Below, piece by piece: positions 17,335-25,963 of a stretch of DNA of 32,248 nt. Within the stretch, counting starts at the first letter, position 1; each line of letters begins with the position of its first letter. This DNA comes from a virus (Duplodnaviria > Caudoviricetes): IMG/VR virus record IMGVR_UViG_3300011339_000283, positions 1 through 32,248 of that record; one strand, given 5' to 3'. A program made the translations under genes and the position numbers. The notes below the pieces were generated by a model, which did not search any database, was not told the origin of the DNA, and worked only from the letters and a program-made list of their open reading frames with translations.

Positions 17335-18246
17335 ATGGCTGTTAATCTTTCAGCAATCAAAGACCTTCTCCTGCCAGGCTTGCGTGGTATCGAAGGCAAG
17401 TACGAGATGATCCCATCTCAGTACGATAAAATTTTCACGAAGCACAACTCCAAGATGGCGCTTGAGCGCACCGCAGAAATGCGCTTCTTGGGCTTCGCGC
17501 AGTTGAAAACCGAGGGCGGCCGTACCGCATTCGACAACGGCGCTGGTGAGCGTTTTATCTACAACCAAGAGCATACGGAAATCGGCTTGGGCTACGCGAT
17601 CACTCGCAAAGCCATTGACGATAACCTGTACAAAACGCAGTTTGCTCCCTCGAACCTCGGCTTGGTGGAATCGTTCCAGCAGACCAAGGAAATCTACGGC
17701 GCAAACATCCTGAACACCGCGACCACCTACAACGGTGCAATCGGTGGTGACGGCGTGGCTCTGATCTCGACCGCGCACCCAATCGATGGTGGCACGGTTG
17801 CAAACCGCCCAACGACCGATGTGGAATTGAACGAGGCGACCCTGCTGAACGGCATGATTGCAATTCGTACAAACTTCCGCGATCAGGCTGGCCTGAAGGT
17901 CTTCGCCCGTGGCCGTAAGCTGATTGTACCACCTCAACTGGAACCAGTTGCAATTCGTCTGACGAAAACCGAACTGCGCCCAGGCACGGCGGACAACGAT
18001 GTCAACGCGATCATGTCCACCGCTGGCGGCTTGCCAGAGGGCTACATGGTCAACGACTTCTTGACCTCGACTGGCGCATGGTTCTTGCTGACCAACATCG
18101 ACGGCCTATCCTATATGGAGCGGGTAAAGTTCGAAACGGATATGCAAGTGGACTTCGTTACGGATAACTTGCTCGTAAAAGGATATGAGCGTTATTCTTT
18201 CGGATACTACAACTGGCGTTCGATCTTCGGCTCGTTCCCGACCTAA
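17335..18246 (+). CDS. Major capsid protein (HK97 fold, Mu gpT-like)
   Basis: AAGGAG RBS; KTEGG, GYAITRKAIDDNLY, DGVALISTAHP, KLIVPPQL, AWFLLT, ERYSFG...WRSIFGS. Confidence 0.9.
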   Translation: MAVNLSAIKDLLLPGLRGIEGKYEMIPSQYDKIFTKHNSKMALERTAEMRFLGFAQLKTEGGRTAFDNGAGERFIYNQEHTEIGLGYAITRKAIDDNLYKTQFAPSNLGLVESFQQTKEIYGANILNTATTYNGAIGGDGVALISTAHPIDGGTVANRPTTDVELNEATLLNGMIAIRTNFRDQAGLKVFARGRKLIVPPQLEPVAIRLTKTELRPGTADNDVNAIMSTAGGLPEGYMVNDFLTSTGAWFLLTNIDGLSYMERVKFETDMQVDFVTDNLLVKGYERYSFGYYNWRSIFGSFPT

Positions 18247-18255
18247 GCGAAAAAC

Positions 18256-18277
18256 GGAGGGGGCCTCGGCCCCCTTC
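18256..18277 (+). terminator. Strong hairpin after MCP (weak U-tract; attenuator or stabiliser)
   Basis: GGAGGGGGC-CTCG-GCCCCCTTC, 9 bp. Confidence 0.6.
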
Positions 18278-18282
18278 ACCAT

Positions 18283-18356
18283 CTAGGATCAATCGGACGA
18301 TCTGACCGCCCTAGCGGACTTTGCACAGACAGACCGTCCCTATCGTGCAAAAGGAG
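18283..18356 (+). ncRNA. Candidate double-pseudoknot structured RNA leader
   Basis: Four complementary pairings: 18283-287/18310-314; 18295-304/18330-339; 18306-308/18315-317; 18320-326/18345-351; abuts AAGGAG RBS. Confidence 0.6.
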
Positions 18357-18362
18357 CCTCAA

Positions 18363-18821
18363 ATGGGCAAGACTACTTTCACTGGCCCGATTCGTGCGGG
18401 CAATATTCTGAACACCTCTGGCACCACACTCGGCCAAGACGTTAAGAACGTTGGCTCGGTTGTCATGGTTCAGACCTATCCAATCACGCAGGCGCTGACG
18501 GCAACTGCACTGGGTACCACCATTGTGCTGCCTGCCAACAGCCATATCTTGAACATGCAGATGGTTGTGACTGCCGTATGGAGCGGTGCCGCAACCACGT
18601 TCAGCGTTGGCACTTCAGCCACCTCGACTGAACTTGTCTCTGCCGCTGCTGGCGGCACCATCGGTGTTATCGGTCTGAACCCAGGTTCTGACGCAACACG
18701 CACCGCCAACTGGGACGACACTGGCACCACCGACAAGCGCATCTTTGTTCTGTCGGCAAACACGGGAACGGGCGTTGGCACGATCACCGTCCGTTACATC
18801 CAAGCGCACGATCTCGCATAA
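18363..18821 (+). CDS. Virion structural protein (minor capsid/decoration candidate)
   Basis: AAGGAG before ATG 18363; MGKTTFTGPIRAG start; beta-rich T/G/A composition; follows MCP. Confidence 0.7.
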   Translation: MGKTTFTGPIRAGNILNTSGTTLGQDVKNVGSVVMVQTYPITQALTATALGTTIVLPANSHILNMQMVVTAVWSGAATTFSVGTSATSTELVSAAAGGTIGVIGLNPGSDATRTANWDDTGTTDKRIFVLSANTGTGVGTITVRYIQAHDLA

Positions 18822-19009
18822 TGGAAAATGGCATCCGCGTTGGGAACAAGAAACCCTCGATGACCATCGATAAATCGGTCAGCACGGGTAAGCCTTCGGT
18901 CACCGAGGACTTCACCCCGCACAACCCCACTGGAAGCCGCACCGTCACTGGTGGACAACCTGTACATGGTATGCCACTGATGTCGGCAGCAGCCGCCAAG
19001 GCAAAATAG
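18821..19009 (+). CDS. Small hypothetical protein
   Basis: TAATG coupling; followed by hairpin. Confidence 0.6.
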   Translation: MENGIRVGNKKPSMTIDKSVSTGKPSVTEDFTPHNPTGSRTVTGGQPVHGMPLMSAAAAKAK

Positions 19010-19011
19010 CG

Positions 19012-19033
19012 TGGGGGGCCTCACAGCCCCTCA
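19012..19033 (+). terminator. Hairpin, possible terminator
   Basis: TGGGGGGC-ctcaca-GCCCCTCA. Confidence 0.45.
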
Positions 19034-19055
19034 TCCACTTCTGTAGGAGACAGGC

Positions 19056-19364
19056 ATGACCCCCGTCACAATCTCAAAAACTGGCACTGGGCGGAGCGCG
19101 GTCATTGCCTCTGACAGTTTCCAAAACCCCTTTAATGTCGGCGTCATCGCAGTCGTATCTGGCACGGCCACGTTCAACATTGAAATTTCAATGGATGATC
19201 CCTCAGTGGTAACCCCGTCCGTGTGGGCCGTTGACGCTGGCTTCTCGGCCAAGACCGCATCCACAAATGGGTCGATCACGGTTCCGCACCACGCGCTTTC
19301 GATCAACGTGACCTCTGGCTCTGGCACCGTTACGGCATATATCGTTCAGGCGGGTATTCGGTAA
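19056..19364 (+). CDS. Small beta-rich virion protein candidate
   Basis: AGGAG RBS; VVSGTATFNIEISMD, ALSINVTSGSGTVTAYIVQAG. Confidence 0.7.
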   Translation: MTPVTISKTGTGRSAVIASDSFQNPFNVGVIAVVSGTATFNIEISMDDPSVVTPSVWAVDAGFSAKTASTNGSITVPHHALSINVTSGSGTVTAYIVQAGIR

Positions 19365-19615
19365 TGGCAAAGACACCTGCTTGGCAGAGGGCTGAGGGAA
19401 AAAATCCAGCTGGCGGTCTCAATGCAAAGGGCCGAGCATCAGCAAAGGCTCAGGGCATGAACCTGAAGCCACCAGCGCCAAATCCAAAGACGGAAAAGGA
19501 TGCTGGGCGCAAGAAGTCATTCTGCGCCAGGATGTCTGGCATGGAAGGCCCGATGACGGACGAGAAGGGCAAGCCAACTCGCAAAGCCCTGTCCCTGAAA
19601 GCATGGAAGTGTTAA
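19364..19615 (+). CDS. Small basic phage protein (resembles DUF6321, from memory)
   Basis: PAWQRAEGKNPAGGLNAKGRAS...RKKSFCARM...LKAWKC. Confidence 0.7.
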   Translation: MAKTPAWQRAEGKNPAGGLNAKGRASAKAQGMNLKPPAPNPKTEKDAGRKKSFCARMSGMEGPMTDEKGKPTRKALSLKAWKC

Positions 19616-19618
19616 AAA

Positions 19619-20221
19619 ATGACCACCAGCGTTTTCTATGTGTACGAACACTGGCGGCTTGACCGTGATGAATGTTTTTACGTTGGTAAGGGTAAGGGCA
19701 TTCGCGCATACAAGATGCGTGACCGTAATGCTCATCATCGGGCAATTATGGGTAAACTATCCCGCGAAGGTAGCGGCATGGAAGTGCGCATGGTTGCGAC
19801 AGGCTTGACTGAGGATGAGGCATTTGCGATTGAGGTTGAACGTATTGCTTTTTGGCGTGAGGCTGGCATTGATCTTGCAAATCGCACTAATGGCGGAGAT
19901 GGTGTAAGCGGCTTGAAGATGTCGGATGAAGCTAAGGCCAAAATGTCCGCTGCCAAACTTGGGAAGAAGCAAAAACCAGATGTTGTAGCTAGGCGCATTG
20001 CCCCCCTAATTGGCCGCAAACAGCCGCGAGAGGCAATAGAGATGGGTGCTGAAAAACGCCGTGGTAATCCGCTTTCGGCAGAGCATAAAGCTAAAATTTC
20101 AGCCGCACACACAGGAAAGATTGTAAGCGATGAGACGAGGGCTTCTCTGAGCGCTGCCAATAAAGGTAAACCGTGGAGTGAGAAGCGCAGGGTTGCGGAG
20201 AATACCAGGAGGGAGCTATGA
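19619..20221 (+). CDS. Free-standing GIY-YIG-like homing endonuclease with NUMOD3 repeats
   Basis: FYVYEH..FYVGKG..R, EAFAIE, LANRTNGGDG, repeats SDEAKAKMS / SAEHKAKIS / SDETRASLS. Confidence 0.85.
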   Translation: MTTSVFYVYEHWRLDRDECFYVGKGKGIRAYKMRDRNAHHRAIMGKLSREGSGMEVRMVATGLTEDEAFAIEVERIAFWREAGIDLANRTNGGDGVSGLKMSDEAKAKMSAAKLGKKQKPDVVARRIAPLIGRKQPREAIEMGAEKRRGNPLSAEHKAKISAAHTGKIVSDETRASLSAANKGKPWSEKRRVAENTRREL

Positions 20222-20898
20222 CCACTAGTGGTGCATACACGTTTAATCCAGGATTGGGAGAAATAGTTCTCTATGCTTATCAAAACATAGGCATACGTCC
20301 AGCTTCTATTTTGCAAGAACACATGGAGACAGCAAGAATGGCTGCCAACATGATGCTTTCAAGATTTTCAAATCAGGGCGTAAACCTTTGGGCGGTTGAC
20401 CTGATCACCACGCCACTGATTGAGGGCCAGACCACCTACGCCGTAGCGCCAAACACAGTCATGATCCTCGACGCATATACCACGACCGATCAGGGCATCG
20501 ACCGTGTCATCATGCCAATCAGCCGTACAGAGTACGCATCATACCCGAACAAAGAACAACAGGGCTTCGTCACGTCCTTCTGGTATGACCGCCTCATCTC
20601 GCCCACAATCACGCTGTGGCCCGTTCCTGATGGCACCTCGTCCACGATCTTGAAGTACTATCGTGTGCGCCAGATCCAAGACTCAAATCTCCAAAATAAC
20701 GAAAATGTCGAAATTCCCTATTTGTGGCTGGAGTGCTTTGCTGACGGACTGGCATACCGACTGGCGCGCATCTGGAACCCGCAAATGGCCGTGGCACTCA
20801 AGGCTCAGGCCGATGAGAGCTATGCCATCGCATCCAACCAGAACGTGGAGAATGTCGGCACGTACATCTCACCAATGTTGGGGTCGTATTTTAGATGA
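20218..20898 (+). CDS. Head-tail adaptor protein (paralog 1)
   Basis: ISRTEYASYPNK, WYDR..ITLWPVPD, EIPYLWLECFADGLAYRLA. Confidence 0.7.
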   Translation: MTTSGAYTFNPGLGEIVLYAYQNIGIRPASILQEHMETARMAANMMLSRFSNQGVNLWAVDLITTPLIEGQTTYAVAPNTVMILDAYTTTDQGIDRVIMPISRTEYASYPNKEQQGFVTSFWYDRLISPTITLWPVPDGTSSTILKYYRVRQIQDSNLQNNENVEIPYLWLECFADGLAYRLARIWNPQMAVALKAQADESYAIASNQNVENVGTYISPMLGSYFR

Positions 20899-21548
20899 AA
20901 AAGTTTTACGTATATGAGCATTGGCGACCCGATCTTGACCTCCCGTTTTATGTGGGCAAGGGTAGTGCGTCTAGGTTTGACCCAAATCGAACCAGAAACA
21001 AACATCACAGCAATATAAAGAACAAGCTAAAGAAGCTTGGAATGTGCGTAGAGGTACGCATGGTTGCATCTGGCCTTTCTGAGGATGACGCATTGCGCTT
21101 GGAGATAGAGCGAATTGCTTTTTGGAAAGAACGCAACGTTGAACTTTCAAACAAAACTGCTGGCGGTGACGGTTTGAAAAGCCCGCCTGAAGACGTATTA
21201 GAAAAAATGAGGGCTGCATCCAAAAAACGTTGGTCTGCGCCTGATTCAAGAGAGAAGCACTCCATTGCCACCAAAATTGGCATGGATAATGATGCTGTAA
21301 GGGCAAAGTGTTCTGGCGGGCGGGCGGGAAGAAAAGCATCTTTAGAAACGAAGGCAAAGATGTCTATTTCAGCTATGGGTCATCCCGTATCCGAGGAAGC
21401 CCGTAAAAAAATATCCAAGGCACACCTTGGCAATACCTATGGATCAAAGACCCGTGGAAAGCCAAGGCCAAAAATGTCTGATGACACAAAGGCAAAAATG
21501 AGAGAGTCTCAACGTGCGCGGCGCGAACGAGAAAAGGCTTTGTCGTAA
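20895..21548 (+). CDS. Second GIY-YIG-like homing endonuclease with NUMOD3 repeats
   Basis: FYVYEHWR..FYVGKG..R, VRMVASGLSEDDALRLE, LSNKTAGGDG, SLETKAKMS / SEEARKKIS / SDDTKAKM. Confidence 0.85.
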   Translation: MKKFYVYEHWRPDLDLPFYVGKGSASRFDPNRTRNKHHSNIKNKLKKLGMCVEVRMVASGLSEDDALRLEIERIAFWKERNVELSNKTAGGDGLKSPPEDVLEKMRAASKKRWSAPDSREKHSIATKIGMDNDAVRAKCSGGRAGRKASLETKAKMSISAMGHPVSEEARKKISKAHLGNTYGSKTRGKPRPKMSDDTKAKMRESQRARREREKALS

Positions 21549-22048
21549 TGGCATACGCATCTAGATCAGGTAAGGCAAGAACGTCACGGGTATCACCCGC
21601 CGCACACGCAATCTGTGATCGGTGCGGTGGCCGCTATAACCACGTCGATCTGAATTGGCAGTATGACTGGGCTGGCGCGTCGATCATCAATAAGCGCATC
21701 TTGGTGTGCAGGCACTGCTTGGATAACCCACAGCAGCAGCTTCGCGCCATCGTGCTGCCCGCAGACCCTATTCCGATCTTGAACCCGCGCCCAGAGCAAT
21801 TCGAGCGCGCCGAGACTGATTATCGCCTGACGAGCTTGCCCGCGACCATGAACGCCAAGACTGGCCTCATGGTGCCAGATGGCGACACCCGCATCACCGA
21901 AAACGACAAGAAGCGCGTTGTCCAGCAGACAGGATTTGCGGATGGCAGCCTGAATGAAAGACCTGGCACTGACCCCAATGCCCCAGGTGACAATGACCCA
22001 GGTTTGCCGTATGGTAACACTGAAGTTCCAAAGACAGGGCCGATCTGA
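21548..22048 (+). CDS. CxxC...CxxC zinc-binding morphogenesis-cluster protein
   Basis: AICDRCG...LVCRHCLDNPQQQL...DPIPILNPRPE. Confidence 0.75.
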   Translation: MAYASRSGKARTSRVSPAAHAICDRCGGRYNHVDLNWQYDWAGASIINKRILVCRHCLDNPQQQLRAIVLPADPIPILNPRPEQFERAETDYRLTSLPATMNAKTGLMVPDGDTRITENDKKRVVQQTGFADGSLNERPGTDPNAPGDNDPGLPYGNTEVPKTGPI

Positions 22049-23682
22049 TGGCGAACGTACAAATCCCGAACCTTCCCGCCGTTGCCTCCCTATCTGGGGC
22101 TGAACTGTTTGAAGGCGTACAAGCTGGCACATCTGTAAAGATCAGCTTGGCTCAAGTCATCGCGGCTGCCCGCATCACCACACCCATAACGTTTCCTTTT
22201 TCAGTCAGCGTGGGCGGCACGGGTGTCACAACCATCACTGGCTACGTCAAAGGCAGCGGAACCACCCCATTTACGGGGTCGGCAACCATCCCAAATACAG
22301 ACATCACGGGCCTTGGTACGATGTCCACGCAGGACGCAAGTGCCGTGGCGATTACGGGTGGCTCTATCACTGGCATCACCGATCTGGCGGTGGCTGATGG
22401 TGGCACTGGGGTATCAACACTGACTGGGTACGTCAAAGGCAGCGGCACGACACCGCTCACAGCGTCCGCAACCATCCCAAGCACTGACATCACTGGACTT
22501 GGAACCATGTCCACCCAAAACGCCAACAGCGTGGCCATTACGGGCGGGTCGATTACGGGTATCACAGACTTGGCTGTGGCTGATGGCGGCACTGGACAGG
22601 GCAGCGCCCTCACACAGTATGGCTTGATCTACGGAAGCACCACCACTGCAATGGCATCCACGGCGGCTGGGACGGCAACTCAGGTTCTCCACGGGAACGC
22701 ATCTGGCGCTCCCACTTTTAGCGCCGTCAGTCTCACGGCAGACGTTTCTGGAACTTTGCCACTGGGCAATGGCGGCACTGGCGTAACCACCGCTCCAGCG
22801 GCTGCTGCAGTTCTTTTGGGCTACACATCCACCGCAACGGCGGCTGGCACAACAGTCTTGACCAACACGAGCAGCCAGTACCAACTGTTCACTGGTTCGA
22901 CCACGCAGACAATTACATTGCCCGTCACGTCAACCCTTGGGGCTGGTTGGTCTTTTCACATCGTAAACAACTCCACTGGGTCACTCACTGTCAACTCGTC
23001 TGGCGGAAACCTTGTGACAACCGTAATTGCTGGCCTGAGCGCGATGGTGACTTGTATTGGCACCACTCTCACCACTGCCGCAGATTGGGAGGCTGGTTTC
23101 ACTGATTTCCAGTCTGTTACGGGAACTGGCTCTGTTGTCCTTGGAACCGCCCCAACGATCACGGGTGCGGTTTCCGCCAACGCCACATCGGGTAATGGTG
23201 CTATCGTCGGGGAGCAGACATTTAACCTTGCCGCAAACGTAACTGCATTTGGCCCCACCATTGGTGATTTCTTTGGGGCAACCTCGGCAATATCTCTTGA
23301 AGCCTCGTCTGTGTACGAAATCTACATTTACGCGGTGATGACAAAAACCACTGCGGGAACGGCGACTTGGACTTTGACCGCATCATCCGCCCCCACACGC
23401 ATCGTAGGCACTTATCTGGCATCTCCAGTGACTGGTATTGCCGCTGGCGCACCAATAAGCGGATTTGCTGGATCGCAGGGCGCAACAACGGCTGCCTTTG
23501 CGGCAACTGGATCGCTGACAACTGCCGTTAACCATGCATTCCAGTTTGTCACTCAAGTTCAGACCAACGCCGCGACAAGCTTCAAGCTGCAATTAACCCA
23601 AAGTGCGGGTACGGCAACACCATTGGCTGGGTCTTACTATACAGTCAAAAAGATCAGCGCAACAACTGGCACATTTGTGTAG
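22048..23682 (+). CDS. Tail fibre protein
   Basis: MANVQIPNLP anchor, T/G/A-rich, GGTG and GLGTMSTQ..AITGGSITG fibre repeats. Confidence 0.85.
   Translation: MANVQIPNLPAVASLSGAELFEGVQAGTSVKISLAQVIAAARITTPITFPFSVSVGGTGVTTITGYVKGSGTTPFTGSATIPNTDITGLGTMSTQDASAVAITGGSITGITDLAVADGGTGVSTLTGYVKGSGTTPLTASATIPSTDITGLGTMSTQNANSVAITGGSITGITDLAVADGGTGQGSALTQYGLIYGSTTTAMASTAAGTATQVLHGNASGAPTFSAVSLTADVSGTLPLGNGGTGVTTAPAAAAVLLGYTSTATAAGTTVLTNTSSQYQLFTGSTTQTITLPVTSTLGAGWSFHIVNNSTGSLTVNSSGGNLVTTVIAGLSAMVTCIGTTLTTAADWEAGFTDFQSVTGTGSVVLGTAPTITGAVSANATSGNGAIVGEQTFNLAANVTAFGPTIGDFFGATSAISLEASSVYEIYIYAVMTKTTAGTATWTLTASSAPTRIVGTYLASPVTGIAAGAPISGFAGSQGATTAAFAATGSLTTAVNHAFQFVTQVQTNAATSFKLQLTQSAGTATPLAGSYYTVKKISATTGTFV
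22213..22596 (+). repeat. Tandem 186-nt (62-aa) repeat in tail fibre
   Basis: GGTG codons start at 22213, 22399 and 22585; units near-identical in protein, diverged at synonymous sites. Confidence 0.9.
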
Positions 23683-23704
23683 CGATTAGGGGAGTGTCTG
23701 CATA

Positions 23705-23935
23705 ATGGAAGGCATTTTTGCATACTGGCCGATTGGCGTCAGCTTTGTAGCTGTGGTGGTGTGGCTTATCCGCCTTGAGGCTGGCAGCGTTGAGAACGGT
23801 AAAGAGATCAAGCGCCTGTGGAACCAGCGCAAGGAAGACATGGATGCGGCCCAACGCTCGCGCGGTGAAACCAACTCCATGCTGGCCGAAATACGAGATG
23901 ACATCAAAGCCCTAATCGCAAAGGTGGGAAAATGA
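23705..23935 (+). CDS. Holin-like protein
   Basis: Single N-terminal TM (WPIGVSFVAVVVWLI) plus coiled coil, directly before endolysin. Confidence 0.6.
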   Translation: MEGIFAYWPIGVSFVAVVVWLIRLEAGSVENGKEIKRLWNQRKEDMDAAQRSRGETNSMLAEIRDDIKALIAKVGK

Positions 23936-24561
23936 AGCTGTACACGCACTTTTCAAATGTTCCAAAGGATGAATGGCGCTGGAAAAGTTTCAGCCCGCGC
24001 GAGATTGCCTGCAAAGGTACGGGCGCGCTAGGCGTAAATGAGGACGCTCTGGACAAGCTGCAGGCTCTGCGCAACAGCCTAAAGCGCCCCCTGCTGTTGA
24101 CTTCTGCGTACCGCAGCCCAGAACATAACCGAGCCGTTGGCGGCGCAAAGAACAGCCAGCATATGCAGGGTATCGCATTTGACGTGCGCATGGAAAACCA
24201 AGACCCCGAACAATTTGAGGCCGCAGCGCGCGCCGTAGGCTTTACGGGGTTTGGCTATTACCCCAAGCAGGGATTTATCCACATTGACACAGGCCCAAAA
24301 CGCTCGTGGGGGACGCCGTTTAAGACAGGCGCGACGGGGCTGACAGTGGCCGAGCCAGAGCGTGATAACGTGGCGCAATCCACCACAATGCAGGCATCTG
24401 CCGTGCAGATCGTATCGGGCGCGGGCGCGGGCGTCGCGGCAGTCGGCGCGTTGGATGGCACGGCTCAGATTGTGGCGCTCGTGTTTGCGGGCGTGGTCGT
24501 GCTGGCCGCTCTGTGGATCATGCGTGAGCGCCTCCGTAAGTGGGCAGATGGTGACCGCTGA
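23932..24561 (+). CDS. Endolysin, peptidase M15 family, with C-terminal membrane segments
   Basis: SAYRSPEHNRAVGGAKNSQHMQGIAFD, FIHID; hydrophobic tail IVALVFAGVVVLAALWIM. Confidence 0.9.
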   Translation: MKLYTHFSNVPKDEWRWKSFSPREIACKGTGALGVNEDALDKLQALRNSLKRPLLLTSAYRSPEHNRAVGGAKNSQHMQGIAFDVRMENQDPEQFEAAARAVGFTGFGYYPKQGFIHIDTGPKRSWGTPFKTGATGLTVAEPERDNVAQSTTMQASAVQIVSGAGAGVAAVGALDGTAQIVALVFAGVVVLAALWIMRERLRKWADGDR

Positions 24562-24782
24562 TGTTTGGATGGATCAAGCGCACCGCGATGTGGGCCGCAG
24601 GGCTTGCGGCCCTTTTGTTTGCTGCGTGGATGGCTGGGCGGCGTGATCAACGCCAACAGTCCGACGTCGAGGCAGCCGAATCTTATATAAAAACCCGAAA
24701 GGAAATTGATGATGTTGAAAAAGCTATTGGTGATGACCCTGCTGTCCTCCGTGAGTGGCTGCGCGAACGTGGTAAGCAGTAA
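24561..24782 (+). CDS. Inner-membrane spanin-like protein
   Basis: N-terminal TM and short helical domain after endolysin; overlaps a lipoprotein gene. Confidence 0.65.
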   Translation: MFGWIKRTAMWAAGLAALLFAAWMAGRRDQRQQSDVEAAESYIKTRKEIDDVEKAIGDDPAVLREWLRERGKQ

Positions 24783-24909
24783 CGCTATTTGCGATGGCAC
24801 CGCCGATAAGAGGACAAACCACGCCGCTGCCCTTGCCGAGGACGGTGGTGACAAGTCCGTTGTGACTGGCGCGATCCTGATTGCCTCAATCGATAGGGCC
24901 TGCAAATGA
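24709..24909 (+). CDS. Outer-membrane spanin-like lipoprotein
   Basis: MMLKKLLVMTLLSSVSG-C lipobox, overlapping previous gene in +1 frame; AAAGGA upstream. Confidence 0.7.
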   Translation: MMLKKLLVMTLLSSVSGCANVVSSNAICDGTADKRTNHAAALAEDGGDKSVVTGAILIASIDRACK

Positions 24910-25175
24910 ACCGATCTCAAGTTCTTGATGCGGCAAAGCAGGCCATAACCAAAGACCGCGATGCCACTCACGGCAACATGGAGGACAATTTTGATACGAT
25001 TGCAAAGTATTGGTCTATCCACTTGGACATCCCAATCACGAAAGATGACGTTGCCGTGATGATGGCTTTACTGAAGGCGGCGAGGATCAAGTCAAATCCG
25101 AGCCACGCAGACAATTGGGTGGATGGCGTTGGGTATTTTGCCTGCGGCGGTGAGATCGCAACGTCTATTGGATAA
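24906..25175 (+). CDS. DUF6378-like phage protein
   Basis: DRDATHG..EDNFDTIAKYWS, DVAVMMALLKAAR, DNWVDGVGY. Confidence 0.8.
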   Translation: MNRSQVLDAAKQAITKDRDATHGNMEDNFDTIAKYWSIHLDIPITKDDVAVMMALLKAARIKSNPSHADNWVDGVGYFACGGEIATSIG

Positions 25176-25196
25176 GTGGCGGATTTAGTCTATAGT
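25168..25196 (+). promoter_or_regulatory. Sigma70-type promoter candidate for tail/ejection operon
   Basis: TTGGAT (25168-25173), 17 nt spacer, TATAGT (25191-25196). Confidence 0.55.
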
Positions 25197-25219
25197 GCCT
25201 GAAAACGTAAGGTGACCTC

Positions 25220-25960
25220 ATGGTTGGACTGACATACGCAACGTACAAGACGCAGATCGCGCAGATGGCCGTGGTTGAGGAGGATGATGTCAACTTCTTG
25301 GCAATTCTTCCCTCAATGATCGACTACGCCACTTTGCGCATCAACCGTGACCTTGACCTTTTGATTACATCGGCATCCCTGTCTGGGGTCAATTACAAGC
25401 TGACAACTGGAAACAGGAACCTGTCTTTCAGCCAAAACCTTGCTGGAGGATCGTACTTTGTTGTCAGTGAGCAAATCAACTTAATCACCCCCGCTGGGCA
25501 AACTGACCCAAACTCCAATAATCGCATACCGCTCCTGCCAGTGACCAAAGAGTTCTTGGATGCTGTTTTTGGGTCTGCATTGACTGCAAATAGGGGTCAG
25601 CCAAAATACTTCGCCCCATTTAACGACACGTTATTTCTCGTTGGGCCTGTTCCAGATGTTGACTATTATGTTGAAGTGGTGGGTACGGTTCGACCTGCGC
25701 CGCTATCAGAAGATGTGCCAACCACATTTATCAGCCAGTATCTGCCAGACCTCCTGATCATGGCATCCATGATCTACATCTCTGCCTATCAGCGCAACTT
25801 TGGCAGGCAGTCAGACGATCCCCAGATGGCGCAGAGCTATGAAAGCCAGTACGGCACCCTACTCAAGTCTGCAATGGTTGAAGAGGCGCGGAAGAAGTAC
25901 GAGGGTGCGGCGTGGTCATCTCAAGCGCCCGCCCCTGTCGCATCACCAACGCGAGGCTGA
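25220..25960 (+). CDS. Head-tail adaptor / tail tubular protein (paralog 2)
   Basis: LTYATYKTQI, GQPKYFA, LVGPVPDVDYYVEV, TFISQYLPDLL; precedes nozzle gene. Confidence 0.7.
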   Translation: MVGLTYATYKTQIAQMAVVEEDDVNFLAILPSMIDYATLRINRDLDLLITSASLSGVNYKLTTGNRNLSFSQNLAGGSYFVVSEQINLITPAGQTDPNSNNRIPLLPVTKEFLDAVFGSALTANRGQPKYFAPFNDTLFLVGPVPDVDYYVEVVGTVRPAPLSEDVPTTFISQYLPDLLIMASMIYISAYQRNFGRQSDDPQMAQSYESQYGTLLKSAMVEEARKKYEGAAWSSQAPAPVASPTRG

Positions 25961-25963
25961 TAA

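Noticed and set aside
18283-18356. Hammerhead or HDV-like ribozyme assignment
   Set aside because: CTGACCG is not CTGAnGA, there is no GAAA core, and helix order differs from HDV.
18241-18365. MCP readthrough or -1 frameshift into the next gene, stimulated by the pseudoknot
   Set aside because: No slippery site before the stop, and the downstream frame has TAG at 18312.
19619-21548. Group I intron or intein hosting the endonucleases
   Set aside because: The ORFs abut or overlap intact neighbours, leaving no room for an intron core; no intein termini seen.
22213-22596. DGR template/variable repeat or CRISPR-like array
   Set aside because: In-frame coding repeat with synonymous rather than adenine-specific differences; no RT, spacers or cas genes.
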